Part shown: one piece after another, positions 45,990 through 53,888 of the stretch | How the letters are laid out: every line of letters starts with the position of its first letter | Numbering within the stretch: the first letter of the stretch is position 1 | Source of the DNA: a virus | Taxonomy: Duplodnaviria > Caudoviricetes | Reading direction: 5' to 3' (one strand) | IMG/VR virus record: IMGVR_UViG_3300020362_000267 | Location: 1 to 60,938 of that record | DNA length: 60,938 nt | Notes under the pieces: model-generated | Databases searched by the model: none | The model's input: the letters and a program-made list of their open reading frames with translations, nothing else | What the model was told of the DNA's origin: nothing | Made by a program: the position numbers and the translations under genes

Positions 45990-46286
45990 TTATCTTTTGT
46001 ACCAATACCCTTTTAACACCCCTGTTTTTTCGAGATGCTCTTCGAGCTGCGGCAGCATATCTGAACTGTGATATTTTTTAGGCAAGTCTGCCGCACGACA
46101 GCCAGTAATTTTCGCCACTTTTGTGCGATACTTACGCAGCAGGTGGTAGTGATTTATGACTGCCTCCTCATTGCCCCAGAAATCCACACTGTTCAACGCA
46201 ATCCAAATCATGCAGATTTCAGCATCCTTTTCATTTTGGGGGTCAAAAGCTTTAAGATCTTTCGCCATTTTCTTTCTCCTCTTCAT
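45990..46286 (-). CDS. Early hypothetical protein
   Basis: Operon packing; real start may be the internal MAKD after GGAG. Confidence 0.55.
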   Translation of the reverse strand: MKRRKKMAKDLKAFDPQNEKDAEICMIWIALNSVDFWGNEEAVINHYHLLRKYRTKVAKITGCRAADLPKKYHSSDMLPQLEEHLEKTGVLKGYWYKR

Positions 46287-46452
46287 ATTCTTCTTTTTTC
46301 ATCACATCGACTTCGACTTCACATTTGTGACACCAAAATTCTATTTCATCAGGCAACCAATACTTTTGTCTGTTGTGGAAAGTTTGATTGCTATGCCACT
46401 CATCACTGCCACAACTGGCACAAACATGAGGTGTTTTTTCAAAGCTAAACAT
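46252..46452 (-). CDS. Small zinc-ribbon-like protein
   Basis: CASCG...WCHKC. Confidence 0.55.
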   Translation of the reverse strand: MFSFEKTPHVCASCGSDEWHSNQTFHNRQKYWLPDEIEFWCHKCEVEVDVMKKEEYEEEKENGERS

Positions 46453-46654
46453 TTTGGGTCTCCAAATACCATTCTTTATATTTTTTGTAGGCCAACAGCT
46501 TGTAGGCGTACAAGTCTGCGAACTCCCAATCTGCTATGGGGTCAAAATCATCAAAGAGTGTTTCTATTTCACTCTCCAGCATGACCATCAATGCGTTAGC
46601 CTCTGAGGCCGTTAAGTGGATCAGGGGTTTATTAATTTTCTGTGTTGTTTTCAT
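46445..46654 (-). CDS. Early hypothetical protein
   Basis: GGAGG Shine-Dalgarno; ATGA overlap. Confidence 0.55.
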   Translation of the reverse strand: MKTTQKINKPLIHLTASEANALMVMLESEIETLFDDFDPIADWEFADLYAYKLLAYKKYKEWYLETQNV

Positions 46655-46917
46655 AGTAAACCTCCAGACATATAAGTCATAAAATCATCTTGCTTTGTGA
46701 TGACGCCATCTGAATATTCATAGATGCCATGCAGCTCCATGCCATCACGTTTCTTCTTACAAACGTGGATCATGTCACCATTTTTTAGACTGTCTGGAAA
46801 TACGGAAAGGGTGTGGGCTAAAGCGGGCCCGATGTCAGAAATTTTATTTGCTTTGGAATAAATAGAAAAGCCGCTGCTACGCTGCTTTGGGGTTGCATAC
46901 CAATAAGTCATGCTCAT
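46651..46917 (-). CDS. Early hypothetical protein
   Basis: AAGGAG Shine-Dalgarno downstream of a candidate promoter. Confidence 0.6.
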   Translation of the reverse strand: MSMTYWYATPKQRSSGFSIYSKANKISDIGPALAHTLSVFPDSLKNGDMIHVCKKKRDGMELHGIYEYSDGVITKQDDFMTYMSGGLL

Positions 46918-46943
46918 CTCCTTCAGTTTCTGTTGATAACTAA

Positions 46944-46971
46944 AGGATAAGTCTTATACCACAAATGTCAA
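46944..46971 (-). promoter_or_regulatory. Candidate sigma70-type promoter
   Basis: TTGACA-16 nt-TATCCT. Confidence 0.5.
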
Positions 46972-47379
46972 GTCTAAAAATTCTTGCCAGTTCACCGGAT
47001 TAGAAAATTTAAACTGGGGCTCTAACAACAATCCTCTGTCTACCAGTTCAATCGCTTGTTCCCCGTTATAGACAAAAATGTCTGCATTTTTTGTGTGCAC
47101 AAAAATGTAAGTTGGAGCATGTTTATGCTGGGTCATCCAAGACACTTGATGAGGAGATAGACGGACAGCAAAGCCTTTTGTTGTCTTCAGCTCTACAAAA
47201 TAAAATTTTCCCAGTTCAGAACAAACGACAAGATCAGGAACACCAAGAGAAGCCCAGCTCTCCAGACGGGTGAGTCGGATGTTAGGCCGACACTTCTTCT
47301 GGTGTTTCCGAAATTTCTGATAAAAGCTCGACTCCAGATTTTTCTTCTTCTGGGGTAATGTTGATAATATCATGTCCAT
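46954..47379 (-). CDS. PD-(D/E)xK nuclease, VRR-NUC/Holliday junction resolvase-like
   Basis: GVPDLVV...FVELK...RLSPHQVSW; start uncertain because it overlaps terS. Confidence 0.75.
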   Translation of the reverse strand: MDMILSTLPQKKKNLESSFYQKFRKHQKKCRPNIRLTRLESWASLGVPDLVVCSELGKFYFVELKTTKGFAVRLSPHQVSWMTQHKHAPTYIFVHTKNADIFVYNGEQAIELVDRGLLLEPQFKFSNPVNWQEFLDLTFVV

Positions 47380-47845
47380 GCTGGTCTTTTAATTCCTGCA
47401 AAGCCTTTTCAACTTCTTCACGAGACATGCTGTCAATCGACCCGTGTCTGATTTCAGATTTATTGATGTAAATATTGCCCTGAGCCTGCCCCCTGCGATA
47501 CTCAGCCTGGACGGCTGCAGAGTATGCTCCATTTTCGATAGCCAAATCGCGTATGCGCTGCATGTCACGGACATGACGAGCAAAAGTAATGCCGTACTTT
47601 TCATCCAGCTCTGCCCTATATGCTTTAATGGCGGCTACAACATTTGGATGCATGTTCGGGTTGGTGAGCTCAGAAGCTTTCACATGTGCGGACTTTTCAG
47701 GATAGCCTGCGTTGATAGCTGCCTGACGTTTTGTAATCATACCGTCGTTTGCGACAAACTCTTTCACAAACTTCTCTTGTTTGGGCGTCAAAGGAGTTTC
47801 TATGCTTTTACGAGGTCTACCTCTAGATTTTTTAACAACTTGCAT
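47282..47845 (-). CDS. terS: Terminase small subunit with an N-terminal AT-hook
   Basis: LTPKQEKFVKEF...AAINAGYPEKSAHVKASEL HTH pattern; SRGRPRK. Confidence 0.75.
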   Translation of the reverse strand: MQVVKKSRGRPRKSIETPLTPKQEKFVKEFVANDGMITKRQAAINAGYPEKSAHVKASELTNPNMHPNVVAAIKAYRAELDEKYGITFARHVRDMQRIRDLAIENGAYSAAVQAEYRRGQAQGNIYINKSEIRHGSIDSMSREEVEKALQELKDQHGHDIINITPEEEKSGVELLSEISETPEEVSA

Positions 47846-47912
47846 TGTGGCCCTTTATATAGCTTCCTACCATAAAACTAAATCAAATAAGCTATTTTGG
47901 CAACCAATAGGG

Positions 47913-48176
47913 AAAAAGTTACATGTTACATAAAAAGTTACAAAATTATTTTGGTATATATATGTTATTATTGTAGAAATTACCTGTGTAACATTTTGAT
48001 CATTTGAATCACCTAAAAAAAATGAAAAAAATATTTTTTTGTTAAATCTGTACATATATAAGTTTCACAGCAAACAACCCCTTATCCAGCAAGGGCTGCA
48101 GCGTAACTTTTTTGTGTTTGAAAAGTGTTACAAAAGTTACACCCTGCTCTGGTCATCGCAACAGAACAGGGTGTAA
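47913..48176. other. AT-rich non-coding region with GTTACA iterons and a 15-bp hairpin: candidate replication origin or packaging site
   Basis: GTTACA at 47918, 47925, 47937, 48127 and 48136; inverted copies near 47987 and 48101; stem 48137-48151/48162-48176. Confidence 0.5.
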
Positions 48177-48264
48177 TTGTCAATCAACAGCAGAATGGAG
48201 ATTCGTGCATACATAACCCTAGTCCGTGGGCCGTGCACCGTCAAGTTTTTTCTTCAGCTCGACT

Positions 48265-48337
48265 GTCAAAAAAATGACACGTCAAAAAATTGACGTCAAA
48301 TTATTGACTTGACAATGTATGGGCGTTGTGGTATACT
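48265..48337 (+). promoter_or_regulatory. Near-consensus sigma70 promoter preceded by three tandem 14-bp GTCAA-N4-(T/A)TGAC palindromes
   Basis: TTGACA (48309)-17 nt-TATACT (48332) with an extended TG. Palindromes at 48265, 48281 and 48295. Confidence 0.8.
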
Positions 48338-48414
48338 GTACAATGGAGAATTTTTTAAAATTTCTTCACGCTATTTGACATCGTAAATATCAATCAACAG
48401 CAAAGGAGATCCAT

Positions 48415-49011
48415 GTGACTTGCCTTATGATAGAGCCTGTGTCCAATATGATAGCTAACCATGCTGTCTGTAATTGGCACAGACACAATGACCCGTTGCC
48501 CGATTTACATCTGTCGTTTTGTTATGGTCTGTATGAGTATAACAGATTGGCTGGAGCGGGCATCGGCTGCAAGACCTTGTTAGGTGTTGCTATGGTAGGT
48601 AATCCTTGTGGTAGACCAACGGGCCCGGACCGCAAGCTTATCCTTGAAATTAGAAGGGTATGTTTTAAACCTGGGGTCAAGTTTCATCAGTTGCGTCGTT
48701 ACTACACAGACAAAATTTTTAAAGATGAAATGTCTAAAAGAGTTATGCCTGTATTGGTTCGCAACTTAGACGGGACGCAGCCGTTTGCTCAAGGTAACGC
48801 CATCAATGCTTACACCGTGCCAAGCTTCTTTCTTCGCGTCGCAGAGTTTTATGTAAAACAAAAATTTACAAACATCAAAAAACTGTGGACGTACATACAG
48901 GAGACAGAGGACGGCAGGTATATCAGTGAAGCTGGCTATCACATAGACCATTATGTGAAGAGCCGTGGGCCGCGACACGTCGCAAAGTTACGGTTTGCTA
49001 AAGAACTTTAA
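48415..49011 (+). CDS. XF1762/Mom-like GNAT-fold putative DNA modification protein
   Basis: WHRHN.P, LLGVAMVGNPCGR, LEIRRVC and WTYIQETEDG...AGY motif series. Confidence 0.6.
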   Translation: MTCLMIEPVSNMIANHAVCNWHRHNDPLPDLHLSFCYGLYEYNRLAGAGIGCKTLLGVAMVGNPCGRPTGPDRKLILEIRRVCFKPGVKFHQLRRYYTDKIFKDEMSKRVMPVLVRNLDGTQPFAQGNAINAYTVPSFFLRVAEFYVKQKFTNIKKLWTYIQETEDGRYISEAGYHIDHYVKSRGPRHVAKLRFAKEL

Positions 49012-49016
49012 AAAAG

Positions 49017-49052
49017 AACGACGGGCGATTTATATTTCACCCGTCGTTTTTT
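49017..49052. terminator. Probably bidirectional terminator between convergent genes
   Basis: AACGACGGG...CCCGTCGTT stem with an A run before and a T run after. Confidence 0.7.
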
Positions 49053-49083
49053 ATTTCTTAAACGCGACCAGTCAAAGCGTCGT

Positions 49084-49377
49084 TTAGTGGACCGTTTCAT
49101 CTGGTAGGTCTGCTGCTTTACGTGCAAAGCTGTCTGCGACTGCTATCATTTCGGACACGTTCTCAGGATCAGCGCAGCTTCGATAAGCACATTCGATAAT
49201 TACTGTGAGCAGCCCGACCATGACCAACGGTTCGTGTTGTGCGTCTCCTGCCTTTGTAGCTTTAGAAATTTCTTCAAGAGCATCGACACCCATGTGATAC
49301 CCGTGTTCGAAATCTTTACTGTCACTATCGACTATAAGGCGCACTAATTCGGTCATCCCTGCAGTATCCTGTTCCAA
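49084..49377 (-). CDS. Hypothetical protein
   Basis: Operon packing; start uncertain. Confidence 0.5.
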   Translation of the reverse strand: MEQDTAGMTELVRLIVDSDSKDFEHGYHMGVDALEEISKATKAGDAQHEPLVMVGLLTVIIECAYRSCADPENVSEMIAVADSFARKAADLPDETVH

Positions 49378-49559
49378 TGTTTATTTATTACAGAAACTTC
49401 TTGATGTGCTTCGCGAGTAAACCCACGGTCACGCAGCAAAGTTTGATTATGCAGGTTCACCACCTTTTGAATGGCTTCCATCGACTCATGCCATTGAGGG
49501 CGCAGGCCCTCTACATAACCCGCTTTATTGACCATATCTTTTACGGTTTCATCATCCAT
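49353..49559 (-). CDS. Hypothetical protein
   Basis: Operon packing. Confidence 0.55.
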   Translation of the reverse strand: MDDETVKDMVNKAGYVEGLRPQWHESMEAIQKVVNLHNQTLLRDRGFTREAHQEVSVINKHWNRILQG

Positions 49560-49571
49560 ATGCTTATATTC

Positions 49572-49853
49572 CTATTTTTCAGACTTTTGATCAATTAGTA
49601 TTATTTTATGCATCAAATCACCAAACAGGTCATCAAGCTTTGCAACTGCAGTCATATCCTGATATTTGATATCTTCTTTATTCAAATAACGCAGATGCAA
49701 AGTGGTCAACAAATTTCTGGTGTTTCGCAAAATGTTTAAATCAGTTTCAGTAAAAACCACACCTTGTGGGCGGTCTGACTGTTTAATTACTTCGCCCGCA
49801 ACTTTCAGCTCGACTTTACGAGGGCGACCAGCTTTCTTTTTATCTTCTGTCAT
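49572..49853 (-). CDS. Hypothetical protein with AT-hook-like AGRPRK (likely start MTEDKKK)
   Basis: AAGGAGAACAGAATG ribosome-binding site; ATGA overlap with the upstream gene. Confidence 0.55.
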   Translation of the reverse strand: MTEDKKKAGRPRKVELKVAGEVIKQSDRPQGVVFTETDLNILRNTRNLLTTLHLRYLNKEDIKYQDMTAVAKLDDLFGDLMHKIILIDQKSEK

Positions 49854-50170
49854 TCTGTTCTCCTTATCTTTTTCGATAAAATATTTCTGTGCATCTCCTG
49901 CAACTTTAAGATCCACTCGAAATCTTCAGACCAATATTTGTTGGCACTAAATATCGGGCGGAAAGCCTCACCTACATCCATCAGGTTGTCAGGAATTTCA
50001 TCCCAGTTAGTATTAGTGTCTCTTAGGTCTCCAAGCGTGATGCGCCCTTTAAGGCCCATGTAAACATTTTGCAAAGCCACAAAGGCAGCATCTTTTTCTT
50101 CTGGTTTAAGGTAAACACGACTATTTAATTTTTCAGCAATCTTTCGATTAGTTCGAATTAAATCTTTCAT
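49850..50170 (-). CDS. Hypothetical protein (likely start MKDLI)
   Basis: Same AAGGAGAACAGAATG ribosome-binding site. Confidence 0.55.
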   Translation of the reverse strand: MKDLIRTNRKIAEKLNSRVYLKPEEKDAAFVALQNVYMGLKGRITLGDLRDTNTNWDEIPDNLMDVGEAFRPIFSANKYWSEDFEWILKLQEMHRNILSKKIRRTE

Positions 50171-50180
50171 TCTGTTCTCC

Positions 50181-50234
50181 TTGACAACCATTGAATAGGT
50201 CACTAGTATATAAGAGTTATTTTATATAAGTCAA
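50181..50234. promoter_or_regulatory. Overlapping divergent sigma70-type promoters
   Basis: Plus strand TTGACA-17-TAGTAT; minus strand TTGACT-16-TATATA; lies between divergent genes. Confidence 0.6.
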
Positions 50235-50246
50235 GAGGAGTTTTAT

Positions 50247-50462
50247 ATGAACGCCGCAGACATGAGCGTAGAAGAATTTGAAAAGCATCTGGCGGACATG
50301 CGCGACAGGCTTTTCTATTATAAAAATTATAGTAAAGAGACGGGCTCGAAGCGTGATGACCCAAAAAGTAAACGCACCTATCTGACCCAGAAGCGCGGGC
50401 AGGGGTTAGCGAGCGGTTCGCTAAAGCGTCGTAAGCCTATGCGTCATCAGCGTCCATACTAG
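50247..50462 (+). CDS. Small basic hypothetical protein
   Basis: GAGGAG Shine-Dalgarno. Confidence 0.6.
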   Translation: MNAADMSVEEFEKHLADMRDRLFYYKNYSKETGSKRDDPKSKRTYLTQKRGQGLASGSLKRRKPMRHQRPY

Positions 50463-50569
50463 TGCGGTTAATATGTAGATATGTTTGTGTCGATGACCCT
50501 GTACCGGAAGGCTGGACGTTACACAAACTATATGGTCATCATGGTGCAAATGGATATGGAGTAATTACA

Positions 50570-51151
50570 ATGCCTGACAACAGAGAGAAGGATGATTTCT
50601 ATCCAACGCCTCCTGAAGCTACAAAAGCCATGATGTCCCGTTGTCCGTGGTTGAAGTTCCCTGAAGAGGGGAACGAGTATGCCATATGGGAGCCAGCGTG
50701 TGGCGAAGGTCATATGTCAGAAGTTTTTAAAGAAGCAGGGCTGAGCACATACAGCACGGATCTCGTGGACCGTGGGTATGGTGACGCACACGGTGTAGAT
50801 TTTTTAATGGAGCAGAAGAGCTTTGCTCCGTGGATAATTACAAACCCTCCATATAAGCTTGCCAATGAGTTTGTGAAACATGCTTACAAACTCCAGGTTG
50901 AGAATAAGCAGGGCGAGGGGTTTATATTTTTGTTGCGACTAGCATTTCTAGAGGGACAAGCACGGTATAAAGAAATTTTTAAAGATATGCCGCCCAGTAA
51001 AGTGCTAGTGCATACAAAGAGGCTGACCTTGATTCGGGGCGACCACGAAGAATCGTGGTACGGTTCGGGAAAGACAGCTATGGCGTGGTTTGTCTGGGAG
51101 ATAGACCCGTTTACAAAAGAAGGGGCTGCGCCCCGCATTCAATGGTTATAA
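50570..51151 (+). CDS. DNA amino (N6-adenine type) methyltransferase
   Basis: DFYPTPP, IWEPACGEG (SAM binding) and ITNPPY (catalytic). Start placed at MPDN after GGAG; the track extends it to 50462. Confidence 0.85.
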   Translation: MPDNREKDDFYPTPPEATKAMMSRCPWLKFPEEGNEYAIWEPACGEGHMSEVFKEAGLSTYSTDLVDRGYGDAHGVDFLMEQKSFAPWIITNPPYKLANEFVKHAYKLQVENKQGEGFIFLLRLAFLEGQARYKEIFKDMPPSKVLVHTKRLTLIRGDHEESWYGSGKTAMAWFVWEIDPFTKEGAAPRIQWL

Positions 51152-51161
51152 GGAGACCAAC

Positions 51162-51335
51162 ATGTTGCAGAAGTTTTTAAAATTGTTCTTTCCGTGCTTT
51201 GCGAAGTCGGAGAAGCTAGAGCCGTTCAAGCATCCGCAAGAGGATAAGGTTCAGGATATATTGAACAAAGAGCGGGAGAAAAAGATGAAAGCCGCACCGA
51301 AGAAGAAGCGGGGCAGGCCAAAGAAAAAGAAATAG
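51162..51335 (+). CDS. 57-aa basic protein with C-terminal AT-hook; missed by the ORF track
   Basis: AAGGAG Shine-Dalgarno; ends KAAPKKKRGRPKKKK. Confidence 0.65.
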   Translation: MLQKFLKLFFPCFAKSEKLEPFKHPQEDKVQDILNKEREKKMKAAPKKKRGRPKKKK

Positions 51336-51409
51336 GGCAGAGATATTTGGGATCGGCTTATTAAAACTTTCTCTGCCCCCATCATATACGAATTTTTTAA
51401 AAGAGCAGC

Positions 51410-51646
51410 CTAATTGGTTGCTCTTTTTTCTTGTTCTGTATAGGGGTTGTCGTCTTGCATAAGCAAAGAAGCTGTAACGCCAAGATTATATAACGCCTCT
51501 TGCATTGGATTGTCGGAAGCTTTGCCCCGTTCAGATAGAAAAACCTCGATAGGTTGGCCTGTCTTTGGATGATAACTTACAGTTACAGACAGCCCCATGC
51601 CAACTTCCTTTGTTACACAAGGTCTACGGGTAGGTAAATCCAACAT
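51410..51646 (-). CDS. Stand-alone TSCPD-like domain protein (class II RNR C-terminal-like)
   Basis: LPTRRPCVT...VTVSY...GQPIEVF...ASLLMQ pattern. Confidence 0.5.
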   Translation of the reverse strand: MLDLPTRRPCVTKEVGMGLSVTVSYHPKTGQPIEVFLSERGKASDNPMQEALYNLGVTASLLMQDDNPYTEQEKRATN

Positions 51647-51708
51647 ATTTCACTCCTCATTTGTTTGATTCTATCAGTCTATAGAGAAGGTGAAGTTGAA
51701 TCTAGATA

Positions 51709-51870
51709 TTAATCTGTCTCTTTTATCTCATACCCTTCTGCTCTGCAAAACACGTCAAACATGACGCGGAGCTGACCAGATATACTTCGGTTTTCTAATT
51801 CTGCGATTTTCTTGATGCCTTTGTATACTTTGATAGGCACTAACACTGATTTCCATTTCGACGTATCCAT
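51709..51870 (-). CDS. Ribbon-helix-helix DNA-binding protein
   Basis: KSVLVP..VY..IKKIAELENRSISGQL; start uncertain. Confidence 0.65.
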   Translation of the reverse strand: MDTSKWKSVLVPIKVYKGIKKIAELENRSISGQLRVMFDVFCRAEGYEIKETD

Positions 51871-51992
51871 AAGACCCTTCTCCATAATTCCCCGGCAAGG
51901 ACAGGGCCTCAAGTGTCTGGCTGGAGGGTTGGACCCCTGCCCTTACCTGTAAGATAATATAGGAGATTATACTAGAAATAGCAAGAGAAAAC

Positions 51993-53888
51993 CTACATAC
52001 TCTCGCCCCAGTTGTCTCCTATTTCGATATCTGTCTTCATTGGCACTTCTAATTCTATCGCATCACACATAATCTCTGCGATATTCTTTGCGACTTGCTC
52101 ATGTTCTACGCTAAAAGCGAGCTCGTCATGCACCTGCAACAAGGGCAGGCATCCCTCTTTGTACAGGTCTACCATTGCTTTCTTTGTCATATCGGCAGCC
52201 GACGCCTGTATTAAACGGTTTAAAGCTTTGTATGCCTTGGACCGTTGCAAAGGGACAGTGGGCCCATAATGTGCGCGGGCCTCATCATATTTCATGGCCT
52301 TGTGCATACCAAACTTGGTAGGCTCAAAGTCTGGAAATCTACACTTGCGGCCCAACAGGGATCGAATAGAGCCCTCTTCGTTGCCGTTCTGCACACGGTC
52401 TTGCACAACCTTCATAAGCTTTTTAACAAACGGCACTCGCTCATCATATTGCCGTGTCAGCTCTTTTGCTTCTTCGCCTGACAGGTCCAACTGGTCACCC
52501 AGCTTACCAACACCCATGCCGTACATCATCCCTAGATTTATAACTTTTGCTTGCTTGCGCGGTATGTCCGCCATGTCAGCAACCATCGTATGGAAGTCCA
52601 TGTCTGGGTTGTTCTTATAACCGTCAACAAATTCATTGACCTTGGGCATAAGCTTGCCTGTTCGCTTCTGGTACAGAGCTGCAAAGTGTACAAGAATGCG
52701 AGGCTCTTGCTGTGAGTAATCTATCGACGCCCACTTCTCCTCTTCGTTTGGTACAAAAACGGACCTAATCAAAGGTCCTAGTTTTGGATGGCGGGCGGGT
52801 ATCTGTTGAAGATTGGGGTTGTTCATAGAAATTCGTCCCGAAACGGTCCCACCATCATCAGATCTAATCTGGTTTATGTGCCCGTGCACTCTGCCGTCAC
52901 GACCTATGTGCTTCTGCAGCCCGTCGATAAACGTGCCTTTGCTTTTATTAAATTCTCTTGCCAACAGGATCTGCTTTGGCAACGGGTGTTTGTGCGTGTT
53001 TAAAAAGCTTTTGGTAAAAGACGGTGCGTCCTTTGCCGTCCTGGGGTAGTCAAGCTCTAGCTTGTCAAAAGCCTTGGCGATAGAAGCTGCGGCCCATATC
53101 TCCACGTCAAAGCCTACGAGCTTGTGCAACTCCTCTCGCGCTTTCTTCTCTTCTGACAGCATGAACTGGGTTGCCCGCTCCATCGCATCTTGGTCCACCC
53201 GTATGCCCTGCATGGTCATATCAACAAGACAGGGCAATAGGTCCCGTTCAAGCTCGTGAACCGTGGTCAGTTCTTCGCGTTCTATCTGAACTTTAAAAAA
53301 TTTCCACAGCTCCAGTGTAAGCACCGCATCCTGCTCTGCGTATTCACCTACAAAGTTGGCAGGCATACGCCACATTTCGCCCTTGGGGTCAAAGCCAAAC
53401 TCTTTCGCAGCCTCGACCAAGGCACGTTCTGATTTGGTTTTGTTGATATGGTCATACGCAACAGCGTTCAGACTGTAGCTGAAACGGTTTTCATCCAGCA
53501 GCGCAGCCACGACCATTGTATCTATGATGTTGCCATTAACTTCAAAGCCGCTTGCTTTTAGCCAGCCAAGGTCATATTGAGCGTTATGCATGACCTTATC
53601 GGCAGGGCAGGCGAGCACCTTTTTCATATAGTTTCCCACGATTCGCTCGTCCAAGTTGCCCCCACCTTCATGCTTTATAGGCAGGTAGCCCTGCCAGCCG
53701 TCTACAGCGAGGGCAAAGCCGACAATATAACCGTCCTTGCGGGGCCAACCGGGGCCCAGCGTTTTGATGTTTGGGTCACATGTTTCGAGGTCAATCGCTA
53801 TTTCTTTTGCGTCTGTCAGGTCTGGCAGCTCAAAAGGCGGAGCCCACTCAAAACTTTTTAACGGAGACATAAACTCAACTTCATTCAT
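51993..53888 (-). CDS. polA: Family A DNA polymerase with 3'-5' exonuclease
   Basis: IDLET, HNAQYD, YAEQD, DYSQQEPR, RKQAKVINLGMMYG and QVHDEL. Confidence 0.95.
   Translation of the reverse strand: MNEVEFMSPLKSFEWAPPFELPDLTDAKEIAIDLETCDPNIKTLGPGWPRKDGYIVGFALAVDGWQGYLPIKHEGGGNLDERIVGNYMKKVLACPADKVMHNAQYDLGWLKASGFEVNGNIIDTMVVAALLDENRFSYSLNAVAYDHINKTKSERALVEAAKEFGFDPKGEMWRMPANFVGEYAEQDAVLTLELWKFFKVQIEREELTTVHELERDLLPCLVDMTMQGIRVDQDAMERATQFMLSEEKKAREELHKLVGFDVEIWAAASIAKAFDKLELDYPRTAKDAPSFTKSFLNTHKHPLPKQILLAREFNKSKGTFIDGLQKHIGRDGRVHGHINQIRSDDGGTVSGRISMNNPNLQQIPARHPKLGPLIRSVFVPNEEEKWASIDYSQQEPRILVHFAALYQKRTGKLMPKVNEFVDGYKNNPDMDFHTMVADMADIPRKQAKVINLGMMYGMGVGKLGDQLDLSGEEAKELTRQYDERVPFVKKLMKVVQDRVQNGNEEGSIRSLLGRKCRFPDFEPTKFGMHKAMKYDEARAHYGPTVPLQRSKAYKALNRLIQASAADMTKKAMVDLYKEGCLPLLQVHDELAFSVEHEQVAKNIAEIMCDAIELEVPMKTDIEIGDNWGESM

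Noticed and set aside
47867..48055. 62-aa ORF upstream of terS
   Set aside because: Low-complexity translation of the AT-rich iteron region.
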